Source of the DNA: an uncultured Gammaproteobacteria bacterium
GTDB taxonomy: Bacteria > Patescibacteriota > Microgenomatia > Daviesbacterales > UBA10151
DNA: 64,000 nucleotides
Assembly: GCA_964396715.1 (NCBI GenBank)
Contig: CAYNFQ010000001.1
Span: 117,873 to 181,872, forward strand
Direction of reading: 5' to 3'
The notes beneath the pieces were generated by a model. The model was not told where the DNA came from, searched no databases, and saw nothing but the letters and a program-made list of their open reading frames with translations. The stretch's first letter is position 1. Each line of letters starts with the position of its first letter. The position numbers were made by a program, and so were the translations under genes. Shown here one piece after another: positions 18,660 through 28,554 of the stretch.

Positions 18660-20138
18660 AAGCAAAGATTTGGAGTTTAAATTTAGCTCCTTGCTATTTG
18701 CATAATCTTTTTTAAGGACCAAAATATTTAAATTATATTTTTTAGCAAGTTCACGGATTGGCTTTTTTATTATTGGAAATATATCATTGATTCTCCCCAG
18801 GTGTCCTGCCTGAATTTCCACCATTACCTTGGCACGGGTATTATATAAGACCATAGTAGTTATTTGATGGGGAATGCAAAGGATCCTGGGTTGGGGTTTT
18901 AATTTATTTAATAATTTAAAAACCTGATTCATATCTTTAGTCATAGTCCTGTTTTTATCGGCAATAATTCCCTTTATTTGTAAAAATATTGTTAAAGCAA
19001 TATTTGTGATAAATATTACAATATAGCCGGGAATAGCAATATTTTTATAAGGGCTCCCACTCAGGGCAAAAAAGGCGATTGCAGAAATTATGGCTGTTGG
19101 GGCAATTGACATTTCCATATATCTTTGCCCCTCCCCTATCGGGGTAAGCGGTTTAATAGTTAGAACTAAAATTGAAAAGAGATAGAAGAAGATTACCCAG
19201 ACACTCATTTTTATCATCAATGGGTCATTTAGTGAATAAAGACTGGTTGAGGCAATAGGAATATGGAAATAATTGGCAATAAGAAGGGCAATTGGGATTA
19301 TTATCCAAAGATTGGTTCCGATTAATGTGACAGGACTAAAAGTGCCCAGCAGTTTGTAAATTTTACCTACCAGATCTATTTTTTTAGGGGGAACCAGTCC
19401 CCTAACCTGATGGGCAAATCGGTAGTGATAATTTTTTACCCAGAAGAGAATATTATCAATGTGACCCCTCAAGATTCTCAGATAGTATCCTTTGGAGATT
19501 GCTATAGCAAGCCCCATTCCGGTAAAAAATAAAAGTAAGTAAAAAGGATTTTTCTCGATGATGGAGAAAAAAATGCTTATAAAAAAAAGCGATTGGAGCG
19601 CAAATTTGTGAGTAAAAAAAAGGATTATCAAAAAAATTAAGCCAATGGTTAAATATAGAAGATTTGGGGCCAGCGTATATAAAATTATCGGATAGAAAGC
19701 CAAAGTAAAGTTTAAATAGCCCATCGACCTTGGGGTTAGGTAGCTATTTTCCAAAATCGTTAGGGGAATTGATGCATATATAGCTTGTGAAAGCAGAGCT
19801 GCTTCCAACCTGTTTGTTAACTGCAGAGTTATTAGAAAGACCAGGTAGTTTTGGATGATATCAAAAAGAGGGGCAATAAACCCCTGTATCTTAAAAACTA
19901 CACCTTTAGGAATAAAGGAGAGCATCCAGGGAAGAGCCGGAGGGTAATTTAAATATCCATCAAGAATGAAACCGCCGGAAATTTTTTCCAAAGGGAGCTT
20001 GTGATTATTTTTCCTGAAGTATTCAGCCTCAATCATCCGGGTCCAAACATCCACCCCAAAATATTTATTAAAAAGCCGAGGGTATGTTTGTAATAAGTAG
20101 CTAAGCAAAGGTATAATCAGTCCCAAGAGAAAAAACAT
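18624..20138 (-). CDS. Polytopic integral membrane protein, possible polysaccharide polymerase or GT-C-like transferase
   Basis: 504 aa, ~12 hydrophobic segments; no recognisable soluble enzyme motif. Confidence 0.5.
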   Translation of the reverse strand: MFFLLGLIIPLLSYLLQTYPRLFNKYFGVDVWTRMIEAEYFRKNNHKLPLEKISGGFILDGYLNYPPALPWMLSFIPKGVVFKIQGFIAPLFDIIQNYLVFLITLQLTNRLEAALLSQAIYASIPLTILENSYLTPRSMGYLNFTLAFYPIILYTLAPNLLYLTIGLIFLIILFFTHKFALQSLFFISIFFSIIEKNPFYLLLFFTGMGLAIAISKGYYLRILRGHIDNILFWVKNYHYRFAHQVRGLVPPKKIDLVGKIYKLLGTFSPVTLIGTNLWIIIPIALLIANYFHIPIASTSLYSLNDPLMIKMSVWVIFFYLFSILVLTIKPLTPIGEGQRYMEMSIAPTAIISAIAFFALSGSPYKNIAIPGYIVIFITNIALTIFLQIKGIIADKNRTMTKDMNQVFKLLNKLKPQPRILCIPHQITTMVLYNTRAKVMVEIQAGHLGRINDIFPIIKKPIRELAKKYNLNILVLKKDYANSKELNLNSKSLLLETATTQVFKI

Positions 20139-20188
20139 AAGTTTTGATTATATTATATAATCAAAAGGATTTTAAGTAATTTTTAAAT
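20139..20188. promoter_or_regulatory. Divergent promoter region between minus-strand block and the long plus-strand gene array
   Basis: 50-nt AT-rich gap between divergent genes containing tattatataat (-10-like). Confidence 0.3.
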
Positions 20189-21106
20189 ATGACAAAAATA
20201 CTTTTTATAGGCGGTCGGGAAAAAGGCTTAAAAACACTTGAAGAATTAATAAAACAAGGAGGGAAGGTCTCATACTCATATATCCTTGAAGAAGATGAAC
20301 ATGAAGTAGAAAAATTTTCAGCCGAGATAGCGGATTTTTGTAAAAAAAGAAATATTGGTTTTACTATAACCAAAAGCATTAAAGGCAAAGAGGAAGAGAT
20401 TAAGAAATTAAATCCGGATTTGATTGTGGTTTCCGGCTGGAGAACCCTGATTCCCCCGTCGGTTATCTATATTCCTAAATTAGGAACTGTTGCCCTGCAT
20501 GAATCTTTGCTTCCAAAATACAGAGGATTTGCCCCAATTAATTGGGCGCTAATAAATGGTGAGAAATATACAGGAGTAAGCCTGTTTTATATAACTGAGG
20601 GTATAGATGATGGGGATATAATTGCCCAGGAGAAAATTGAGATTGGCCCAAACGAAACTGCTTTCGAGATTTATAAAAAATCCATTAATACTTGTGTTGT
20701 TCTGATAAGAAAATACTATCCGCTGATAATTTCCAAAAGGGCTTCCCGGACAAAACAAAATGAAAAGGAAGCGACCTATCTTTGCGTAAGGACTCCGGAT
20801 GATGGAAGAATAAACTGGATGAATTCAGCTGTCAATATACATAACTTGATCCGGGGGCTTTCACATCCTTATCCGGGGGCTTTTTGCTTTCATAAAGGAA
20901 TAAAGATTACTATACAGAAATCGGAAATCCCAAAACAATTAAACTGGGTTGGTAGAATTCCCGGCAGGATTGTTTCTATAAAGAGAGATTTTGGGATGGA
21001 GGTTTTAACCGGAGATGGATCTATTCTAATAACCTCCATAGAGGTCGACAAAAAAATATATAATCCAGCGGATTATTTTAAATCGATCAAAGATATTTTA
21101 GTATGA
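20189..21106 (+). CDS. Formyltransferase (Fmt/ArnA-N-terminal-like), probable sugar N-formyltransferase with C-terminal Fmt-like subdomain
   Basis: Catalytic signature HESLLPKYRGFAPINWALING; 305 aa; polysaccharide context. Confidence 0.8.
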   Translation: MTKILFIGGREKGLKTLEELIKQGGKVSYSYILEEDEHEVEKFSAEIADFCKKRNIGFTITKSIKGKEEEIKKLNPDLIVVSGWRTLIPPSVIYIPKLGTVALHESLLPKYRGFAPINWALINGEKYTGVSLFYITEGIDDGDIIAQEKIEIGPNETAFEIYKKSINTCVVLIRKYYPLIISKRASRTKQNEKEATYLCVRTPDDGRINWMNSAVNIHNLIRGLSHPYPGAFCFHKGIKITIQKSEIPKQLNWVGRIPGRIVSIKRDFGMEVLTGDGSILITSIEVDKKIYNPADYFKSIKDILV

Positions 21107-21654
21107 AGCAAAATATTAAAAAAATAATTTCGGAGATTGACTTAATTTTATCAACTATTTCGGATAAAGAAGTCGAAAGGCTGGTAGATGAAATTATTAA
21201 GGCAAGAAAAATTATCACAATTGGGGCTGGAAGGGTTGGCATGATGGCAAGAGCCTTTGCCATGAGACTGGGGCATTTAGGGCTTCAGTCTTTTACCACA
21301 GCTGATGCGACAATTCCTGCCATAGGGAAAGAGGATTTATTGATAGTCTGTTCGGGTTCAGGTGAAACACAGGCAATATATGATTTAGTTTTAATCGGGA
21401 AAACACACGGTGTTAAAGTTTGCGCAATAACGGCAAGAGTAAATTCTAAAATTGGCAAAGCAGCAGACTTTATTGTCAGTTTGAAAGCTCCGACCAAAGT
21501 GGATAAAGATCCAAAAATAAAATCTATTCAGCCAATGACAACCTTAAATGAACAATGCCTGATGATTTTTTTCGATGCTGTTGTGTTAGAATTAATGCGT
21601 GAACTGAATGAGACAGAGGACAGTATGTGGAGCAGGCATTCCAATTTAGAATGA
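21103..21654 (+). CDS. hxlB: SIS-domain 6-phospho-3-hexuloisomerase (HxlB/PHI)-like sugar-phosphate isomerase
   Basis: GAGRVGMMARAFAMRLGHLG, CSGSGET, C-terminal IQPMTTLNEQ...HSNLE closely match PHI signatures. Confidence 0.75.
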   Translation: MKQNIKKIISEIDLILSTISDKEVERLVDEIIKARKIITIGAGRVGMMARAFAMRLGHLGLQSFTTADATIPAIGKEDLLIVCSGSGETQAIYDLVLIGKTHGVKVCAITARVNSKIGKAADFIVSLKAPTKVDKDPKIKSIQPMTTLNEQCLMIFFDAVVLELMRELNETEDSMWSRHSNLE

Positions 21655-22313
21655 AATATCAACTGGCAGCATCTATCATTTGCGCAAAATTAATCGCTTT
21701 GAAAACACAGTTAAAGCTTCTGGAAAAAGGTAGAATTGACCGCATTCATTTTGACGTAATGGACGGAGTATTTGTGCCAAGATACGGCTTGCCTCCTGAA
21801 ATATTAAAAGAAGTACACCAAGTTACCAATATCCCAGTTACAGTTCATCTGATGGTTTCTGACCCCGAGCCATATATTGAAGTTTTTGCCAAAGCAGGGG
21901 CAGATGCTTTTGTTTTTCATATTGAGCCGGTATTTCATGTAAACAGAGTAATAAAAAAAATTAAAGAGGTCGGTATGAAAGCAGGGGTTGCCTTAAATCC
22001 GGCTACTCCCCTTTCCGTTTTGGATTATGTTTTGCAGGATTTGGATGTAGTAATGCTGATGGTAATAAACCCTGGAATTTTAGGCCATAAATTGATTCCC
22101 GAAATGCTTTTTAAAATTGCCGATTTAAAAAATAAATTAAAAAATTATCCCGATATCAAAATAGAAATTGACGGTGGAGTAACGTCTGAAAGCGCTCCCA
22201 AAATGATTGCAAACGGCGCTGATATCCTGGTCTGCGGAAATTCCAGCATTTTCAAAAACGACTCATCCGTTGATAAGACAATAAAAGAATTTAGAAGGGT
22301 AATAGAAAAATGA
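21651..22313 (+). CDS. rpe: Ribulose-phosphate 3-epimerase family (RPE/allulose-6-P epimerase-like)
   Basis: HFDVMDGVFVP, VHLMV, LNPATPL, DGGV motifs collinear with RPE; ATGA overlap with upstream. Confidence 0.8.
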   Translation: MKYQLAASIICAKLIALKTQLKLLEKGRIDRIHFDVMDGVFVPRYGLPPEILKEVHQVTNIPVTVHLMVSDPEPYIEVFAKAGADAFVFHIEPVFHVNRVIKKIKEVGMKAGVALNPATPLSVLDYVLQDLDVVMLMVINPGILGHKLIPEMLFKIADLKNKLKNYPDIKIEIDGGVTSESAPKMIANGADILVCGNSSIFKNDSSVDKTIKEFRRVIEK

Positions 22314-23902
22314 AAAGCAATTATAAAGTTTTAATTACCACTTCCGGGTTAGGACAAAGGTTGGGGGAGCTGACTAAATATACCAATAAATCTTTAATCA
22401 GGATTGGCAAAAAACCGGCAATCTCCTATATTATAGAAGCTTACCCAAAGGAAACCGAGTTTGTAATCACCGTCGGCCATTTTGGCAACCAGATAAAGGA
22501 TTTTATAAAAATTGCCTACCCAAATTTAAAAGTGACTTTTGCGGAGGTTGATAAATACCAGGGTTCGGGTTCAAGTTTGGGATATTCCATGCTGGCGGCA
22601 AAAAAATATTTGCAGTGTCCTTTCATCTTTCATGCATCAGATACTATAGTAACTGAACCGATTCCGACTCCTGATAAAAATTGGAACGGAGGGTTTAAAG
22701 GAGTTAGTTCTGCCAACTATTCTACTTTTACTGTTTCAAAAAATATGGTGGGTAGCATAAATGATAAAGGAGCCCTGGAGTATGATTTTATCCATATTGG
22801 ACTGGTGGGAATTAAAGATTTTAAGTCTTTTTGGTATAACCTTGAATCGCTATATTTGGGATCTATTTATAAAGATCCCAATGATACTTCATTAAATGAC
22901 TGCAAAGTTTTAAACGTGATGCTTAATGAGGGTAAAATATTCGAGGCAGTAGAGTTTAAAAGCTGGCATGACATAGGTAATGTTGACGTCTTAAATCAGA
23001 TCAGAAAAGAAATAGTGGAGAAGTTTGAAAACCTTGATAAGCCGGGGGAGGCAATTTTTATCTTTCCTAAATTCGTCATTAAATTTTATTTTGATAAAGA
23101 ACTTGTCGAAAAAAAGATTAAAAGGGCAGAAACCCTAAAAGGGCTCGTTCCTGATATTGAGAGATCAATTGGTAATTTTTTCAGATATAAATATGAAGAG
23201 GGGGATCTTTATTCAGAAAGTATTACGGTTTCTGATTTTGAAAGATTTCTGAATTGGTGTAAAGAAAATCTTTGGATTAAGAAAAATATTCTGGTTGATA
23301 AAAAATTCAAAGATCTGTGCGGCAATTTTTATATAGATAAAACAAAACAAAGAGTCCACGATTTTTTGGAGATAACTAAAATAGGAGATACAGAGGAAAT
23401 TATTAACGGAGATAGGGTACCTTCTGTCTCAGAACTTTTGAAACAGATTGATTTTGCTTGGCTATCAGATGGTATCCAGGCTCTTATGCACGGCGATTTA
23501 ATACTGGAGAATATTATCAAGACGAAAGAGGGATATAAGCTTTTGGACTGGAGGCAGGATTTTGGGGGGAATATGGAGATTGGGGATATGTATTATGATC
23601 TTGCCAATTTAAATAAGAACTTTACCTTAAATCATGAATTAGTGAATAAAGGACATTTTTTTATTGAAAAAAAAGGTAAGAATATGAGATGCGACATTCT
23701 GGAAAGCCATAATCTGGTTGAGTGCCAGTTGACTTTGTGGGATTTTATTCAGAAAGAAGGACTTGATCTTAAAAAAGTAAAAGTTTTAACATCTCTTAAA
23801 TGGCTTTCTATGTCCCCCCTGCACCCAACTCCTGTAAACTTTAATTTGTTTTTATATTATTTTGGCAGATTAAATTTGTACAGGTCATTGAAAGGCATAT
23901 AA
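22310..23902 (+). CDS. Bifunctional fusion: N-terminal sugar-phosphate nucleotidyltransferase (LicC/MobA-like) + C-terminal APH/choline-kinase-like phosphotransferase
   Basis: N-terminal LITTSGLGQRLG nucleotidyltransferase motif; C-terminal HGDLILENII...LLDWRQDFG kinase catalytic/Mg-binding motifs. Confidence 0.7.
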   Translation: MKSNYKVLITTSGLGQRLGELTKYTNKSLIRIGKKPAISYIIEAYPKETEFVITVGHFGNQIKDFIKIAYPNLKVTFAEVDKYQGSGSSLGYSMLAAKKYLQCPFIFHASDTIVTEPIPTPDKNWNGGFKGVSSANYSTFTVSKNMVGSINDKGALEYDFIHIGLVGIKDFKSFWYNLESLYLGSIYKDPNDTSLNDCKVLNVMLNEGKIFEAVEFKSWHDIGNVDVLNQIRKEIVEKFENLDKPGEAIFIFPKFVIKFYFDKELVEKKIKRAETLKGLVPDIERSIGNFFRYKYEEGDLYSESITVSDFERFLNWCKENLWIKKNILVDKKFKDLCGNFYIDKTKQRVHDFLEITKIGDTEEIINGDRVPSVSELLKQIDFAWLSDGIQALMHGDLILENIIKTKEGYKLLDWRQDFGGNMEIGDMYYDLANLNKNFTLNHELVNKGHFFIEKKGKNMRCDILESHNLVECQLTLWDFIQKEGLDLKKVKVLTSLKWLSMSPLHPTPVNFNLFLYYFGRLNLYRSLKGI

Positions 23903-24409
23903 ATGAAAAATTTTATTATTGATGTGGATGGTTGTTTAACAACCGGACAGTTTCTATATTCTATCAAGGGTAAGGTGATGAAAGTGTTTGGGCCTGATGA
24001 TGCGGATGCCCTGTCAATACTAAAAAATAAAATCAATATCAGAATGATCTCAGGAGACAAGAGAGGATTTGCTATTACAAAAAAAAGAATAGATGATATG
24101 GGATTTCCTCTTGATCCGGTAAGCACTTTTGAGAGGATTAAGTGGTTTGAGGAAAAATTTCACCTGAATGAGACAATCTATATGGGGGATGGAATATATG
24201 ATAGCCTGGTTTTTGAAAAAGTTGCCTACAGTATTGCTCCGGCAAATGCTTTTTATCTAACCAAAAAGAAAGCTAAATTTGTGACACAAAGCAAAGGTGG
24301 TGAAGGAGCTGTTGCTGAAGCTTGTATACACATAATGGAAAAGTTTTTTGAGCCATTTGATCTTGCATCGCTTGATTTTTCATCAGGATCGGGCACATGG
24401 CAAAAATGA
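23903..24409 (+). CDS. HAD-superfamily phosphatase, KdsC (Kdo-8-P phosphatase)/GmhB-like
   Basis: IIDVDGCLTTG (DxDG), GDGIYD motif IV, ~168 aa typical of KdsC family. Confidence 0.7.
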   Translation: MKNFIIDVDGCLTTGQFLYSIKGKVMKVFGPDDADALSILKNKINIRMISGDKRGFAITKKRIDDMGFPLDPVSTFERIKWFEEKFHLNETIYMGDGIYDSLVFEKVAYSIAPANAFYLTKKKAKFVTQSKGGEGAVAEACIHIMEKFFEPFDLASLDFSSGSGTWQK

Positions 24410-25458
24410 ATTTTCCCCTGGTTTCCGTACTAATACTGACATATAACCGTGCTGATTTACTAAAGACGGCCTTGTCTTCGGCCTTAAAATCAGACTATCC
24501 CAATCTTGAATTTATTGTTGTTGATAATGAATCATCAGAGGACATTTCCGGATTTGTTAAGAAAACATTTCCAAAAGACAAAGTAAAAGTCGTCAGATTA
24601 AAAAAGAATAAAGGTTTAACAGGAGGCTTTAATTTTGGTTTTAAATACTGTCAAGGTAAATATACCATGTTGCTTTGTAATGATACTAAAATAGATAAAA
24701 AAGCCGTAACTTTAATGGTGAAGATAATGGAAAAAGATTCTCAGCTTGGGATGGTAGTGCCAAAAGTTATCCAAATGAGAAAGCCGACGGAGCTTCATAG
24801 CGCGGGAGGTTTTGTGACAATCTATGGCATGCTTTACCACTACGGAGTTTACCAGAATAAGCACGATAAGAAATATCAAAAAATTTATTATGTATTTACG
24901 GGAACAGGAGCCGGTTATTTAATCAAAACATTTGTGGGTAAAACAGTTGGTTTATATGATGATGATTTCTATATAGCATATGACGATATTGACCTTTGCC
25001 ATAAAATATGGCTTTCCGGTTATAAAATAGTTTATTGCCCAAAGGCAGAATTATTGCATTATTGGAGTGCCACCCTGAATGCTTCGGCACCCAAACTTTG
25101 GTACTGGGCGCACAGAAACGGCATTTCATCATATATTCAAAACCTTTCCCTGCCGTATCTTTTTATAATCTTACCTATGCTCTTTCTCTGTTACGGAGTG
25201 CTTTTTGCCGAAAGAATTATCAAAAGAAAGTTTGGTGTGGCATTATCGATCCCAAGCGCTTATATTTGGCACATTTTCAACATAAGAAAGACTCTCAAAA
25301 AAAGAAATATAATACAGCGGGAAATTCGTAAGGTTTCTGATGGGGAAATTTTTAAATATACAATGGTTAACCCCGGTTGGAGGTATTACTTGATTTCTTG
25401 GAATAGGCGCTTTGATGATGTGGAGCTACCGGAGAGAGTTTTGTACTTTGATAAATAA
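24397..25458 (+). CDS. GT2 glycosyltransferase
   Basis: VSVLILTYNRADLL...FIVVDNESSED, DD motif. Confidence 0.75.
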   Translation: MAKMNFPLVSVLILTYNRADLLKTALSSALKSDYPNLEFIVVDNESSEDISGFVKKTFPKDKVKVVRLKKNKGLTGGFNFGFKYCQGKYTMLLCNDTKIDKKAVTLMVKIMEKDSQLGMVVPKVIQMRKPTELHSAGGFVTIYGMLYHYGVYQNKHDKKYQKIYYVFTGTGAGYLIKTFVGKTVGLYDDDFYIAYDDIDLCHKIWLSGYKIVYCPKAELLHYWSATLNASAPKLWYWAHRNGISSYIQNLSLPYLFIILPMLFLCYGVLFAERIIKRKFGVALSIPSAYIWHIFNIRKTLKKRNIIQREIRKVSDGEIFKYTMVNPGWRYYLISWNRRFDDVELPERVLYFDK

Positions 25459-26158
25459 TATTTGTGTCATTCGCGTAGACTTTTTTATAACCCACTTTTG
25501 ATAAAAATCGCCTAATTTCCATCCGTTCTTTACTTTTAGAACGATCTCTTTTAAATGTAAATGATTCCACACATACAAGCTTAGGATTAAAATTTTCCCA
25601 GTTATTGGATTTTAGGACTTCCATCTCAAATCCTTCCGTATCTATTGACAGAAAATCAATTTTTTTAATTCGGAATTTGTGAAGAATTTTATCCAACCTT
25701 TCAACTTTTACCTTAGATTTGTCAATAATTTCAAATCCAATTTTTTGATATTTTATGGCATCAATTTTTGAAAATGTTGAAAGAGTATCAGGAAATAAAT
25801 TATAAAAATCAAGATTTGCCCTTTTTGCGCAGATGCCGATATTAAGATTATAGTCTCTAGGGCGGGCTGTAACAAATTTTTTGTAATTGTGCACATTAGG
25901 TTCAATATTTATTCCCTTCCATCCTCTTTTATAAAATCTGTAGGTATTGCTGAAGCGATAAGGGTCATAGGATCCAATGTCTACATAAAAGCCCGTTTTC
26001 TTATAATTTAGCAGTTTATCGATAATTAAATCTTCACCGTTTTGGCTGAAGGAACCATTAATAATTTGCGTATAAAAAATACTTTTCAGCTCTGAATAGG
26101 CAAAGGAGATAAATTGCCGGAGTCCATATAATTTAATTTTTTTGAAGGCATTAATCAT
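25367..26158 (-). CDS. FkbM-family methyltransferase
   Basis: YVDIGSYDP and IDTEGFEMEVL motifs characteristic of FkbM domain; convergent 92-nt overlap with GT2 3' end. Confidence 0.55.
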   Translation of the reverse strand: MINAFKKIKLYGLRQFISFAYSELKSIFYTQIINGSFSQNGEDLIIDKLLNYKKTGFYVDIGSYDPYRFSNTYRFYKRGWKGINIEPNVHNYKKFVTARPRDYNLNIGICAKRANLDFYNLFPDTLSTFSKIDAIKYQKIGFEIIDKSKVKVERLDKILHKFRIKKIDFLSIDTEGFEMEVLKSNNWENFNPKLVCVESFTFKRDRSKSKERMEIRRFLSKVGYKKVYANDTNIIYQSTKLSPVAPHHQSAYSKKSSNTSNRG

Positions 26159-26172
26159 TCCGATATTATATA

Positions 26173-27354
26173 ATGAATGGCGTGATGTTTAGAGACTATA
26201 CTTTTATTATAGCCTTTCATGAAGCCATTCCCATTGGACCCTCCTTTGATTTGAAAAAGTTTCTCTTTATTACTCCCCCAAAAAAGCTTTTTTTTATATC
26301 ACACCCGCTTCTTTATAACAAATTAGCATACAAAAACAGTTCGTGGTATGAATATCATGAGAATGGCAGATTGATTTTCAAAAGAAAAGCCTTTCACTGG
26401 ATTTTACCCGAACCGGTCCACTATATCAAAGATGTTTTGTATACATTCTTTTGGTGCAGTCGGATAAGTGGCAAATTTGATGTTTTTGTAGGTTTAAACC
26501 CCCTTAATGCGCTGGTGGGGATATTATTAAAAAGATTTGGTAAAGTTAAAAAAGTTGTTTATTATTCAATCGATTATTTTCCTCAAAGATTTGAAAATTC
26601 TCTGATGAATAATATTTATCACTCTACAGACAAACTGGCCGTAAAATTTTCAGATGAAACCTGGAATGTTTCTCCCAACATGGCTATTTCAAGGAATGAG
26701 TATCATCATGATCCAAATTTGTTTAAAAAGCAGTTTACAGTTCCGATAGTAGCCTGGGTAAGGGGTACTAAAAGAGTAAAATTTAACGAGATTGATAAAA
26801 AAAAATTAGTTTTTATAGGACTGCTAGATAAATCTTCGGGGTTGGAGCTTATTATTAAAGCGCTTCCTAAAATAATAAACAAAATTAAAAATGTTAAATT
26901 AGAAGTTATTGGGGGAGGACCGAATTTAGACTATTTGAAACAGCTGGCAAAAAAATTTAAAGTGGATTCTAATATTATTTTTCATGACTGGATAATAAAC
27001 AGAGAGAAAGTTGAAGAAATAATTTCACACTCGGCTGTGGGGTTAGTTTTATTTAATACAAGAGAATTCGGTACAGAAATAAAAAATGCCGACCCGATGA
27101 AGATAAAAGATTATATGTCATTAGGTCTCACTATAATTTCAACGGATGCCATTTTGACTGCAGATGAAATAATAAAAGCAAAATCAGGGATTATCATACA
27201 CTTTGATGTGAATGAATTGGCAGATGCGGTAATTAAATTACTGGGGGATGAGAAGTTACTCAAAGCTTATAGAAAAAATGCGCTAGATTATATTAAGAAA
27301 TTTGATGCGGAGAAGGTATTTGGAGATAATCTGACAAGATTATTATCAGTATGA
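26173..27354 (+). CDS. GT4 (GT-B) glycosyltransferase
   Basis: 393 aa, two Rossmann-like halves, KxxE-rich C-domain. Confidence 0.7.
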   Translation: MNGVMFRDYTFIIAFHEAIPIGPSFDLKKFLFITPPKKLFFISHPLLYNKLAYKNSSWYEYHENGRLIFKRKAFHWILPEPVHYIKDVLYTFFWCSRISGKFDVFVGLNPLNALVGILLKRFGKVKKVVYYSIDYFPQRFENSLMNNIYHSTDKLAVKFSDETWNVSPNMAISRNEYHHDPNLFKKQFTVPIVAWVRGTKRVKFNEIDKKKLVFIGLLDKSSGLELIIKALPKIINKIKNVKLEVIGGGPNLDYLKQLAKKFKVDSNIIFHDWIINREKVEEIISHSAVGLVLFNTREFGTEIKNADPMKIKDYMSLGLTIISTDAILTADEIIKAKSGIIIHFDVNELADAVIKLLGDEKLLKAYRKNALDYIKKFDAEKVFGDNLTRLLSV

Positions 27355-28163
27355 ATAGAGTGATAATTACTGGCGCAACAGGTTTTATTGGTAAAAATTT
27401 AGTTGAAAACCTTAATTCTAAAAACTTTATAGTTTCAATTTTTGATCGAAAGAAACATGACTTATTCCAAATCAATTCACTTAAGGATTTATTAAAAGGG
27501 CAAGATGTAATAGTTCATCTGGCGGGTGTTAATAAAGACGGTTCACTAAAAGATATCTTAAGGGTAAACATTTTGGGAACTAAAAAATTACTAGATGCTG
27601 CTTTAAAATATTGCCCGAACGCAAAATTTATTTTCGCCTCATCCTCTCAAGTTTACGATGAAGATGATGTTTCCGGGCTTTCAAAATTAATAGCAGAGGA
27701 GTTGATAAAAGATTATGTAAAAAACAAACTCTTAAAAGGTGCAATAATTCTTAGATTTTCCAATATCTTTGGAAAAGGCTCAAAACCATTTACAAATTCT
27801 GCTCTGTCAACTTTTGCCTATTTAATAAAGGAGGGTAGAGAAATTACCATTAACGGAATAGGGGAACAAACCAGAGATTTTCTCTATATTGACGATGCCA
27901 TAAACGCTATAATAAGGGCAATTGACTTTGATCCTAAAGGGATAGAAACCTTTGATATATGTACAGGTAAATTGACTTCAATAAATCAACTTATACAAAA
28001 ATTGATGCAAATCTTAAAAATTAAGGTTCCAATAAGGTATAATAGGGGGAACCAATCAATAAAAAAGGTGCTGAAAAATTATCAAAAAGCAAAAAAAATA
28101 TTGGGTTGGCAGCCAGTAATACTATTGGAAGAAGGATTAAGACAATTTATAGAAAAAATATGA
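27351..28163 (+). CDS. Short-chain dehydrogenase/reductase, CapF/WbjC N-terminal (4-reductase) domain-like
   Basis: ITGATGFIGKNLV Rossmann; 270 aa; directly followed by cupin ORF and CapE/CapG homologs. Confidence 0.6.
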   Translation: MNRVIITGATGFIGKNLVENLNSKNFIVSIFDRKKHDLFQINSLKDLLKGQDVIVHLAGVNKDGSLKDILRVNILGTKKLLDAALKYCPNAKFIFASSSQVYDEDDVSGLSKLIAEELIKDYVKNKLLKGAIILRFSNIFGKGSKPFTNSALSTFAYLIKEGREITINGIGEQTRDFLYIDDAINAIIRAIDFDPKGIETFDICTGKLTSINQLIQKLMQILKIKVPIRYNRGNQSIKKVLKNYQKAKKILGWQPVILLEEGLRQFIEKI

Positions 28164-28552
28164 AAATTGACATAAGGAAGCTTGATGTAAAAAAAGACGA
28201 AAGAGGTTGGCTGACAGAAGCCATAAAACCTGGTGATGTCGTGGAAGCTTCCTTTGGGTTGATTCACATAACCTGTGCAAAGCCGGGATACGAAAGAGGT
28301 GGCCACTATCATAAAAGAAAAACAGAATGGTTTTGCGTGATAAAAGGAGAGGGAAAATTTTTTCTAAAAGATCTCAAGTCAGGCGATAAAAAAACTTTAA
28401 AAGTAGGAAGGGAAAACATGTCACTTATAAAAATTCCGCCTTACATTTTTCATTCAATTAAAAACACAGGAAAAGATGATATGTATATTTTAGCTTACGT
28501 TAATGAGGGATTTGATCCCAAAGATACGGATACTTACAGGGAGCTTAGTTAA
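28160..28552 (+). CDS. Cupin domain protein, CapF/WbjC C-terminal (3-epimerase) domain-like
   Basis: GGHYHKRKTEWFCVIKGEGKF; ATGA overlap with SDR gene; CapF is known as an SDR+cupin fusion. Confidence 0.6.
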   Translation: MKIDIRKLDVKKDERGWLTEAIKPGDVVEASFGLIHITCAKPGYERGGHYHKRKTEWFCVIKGEGKFFLKDLKSGDKKTLKVGRENMSLIKIPPYIFHSIKNTGKDDMYILAYVNEGFDPKDTDTYRELS

Positions 28553-28554
28553 TT

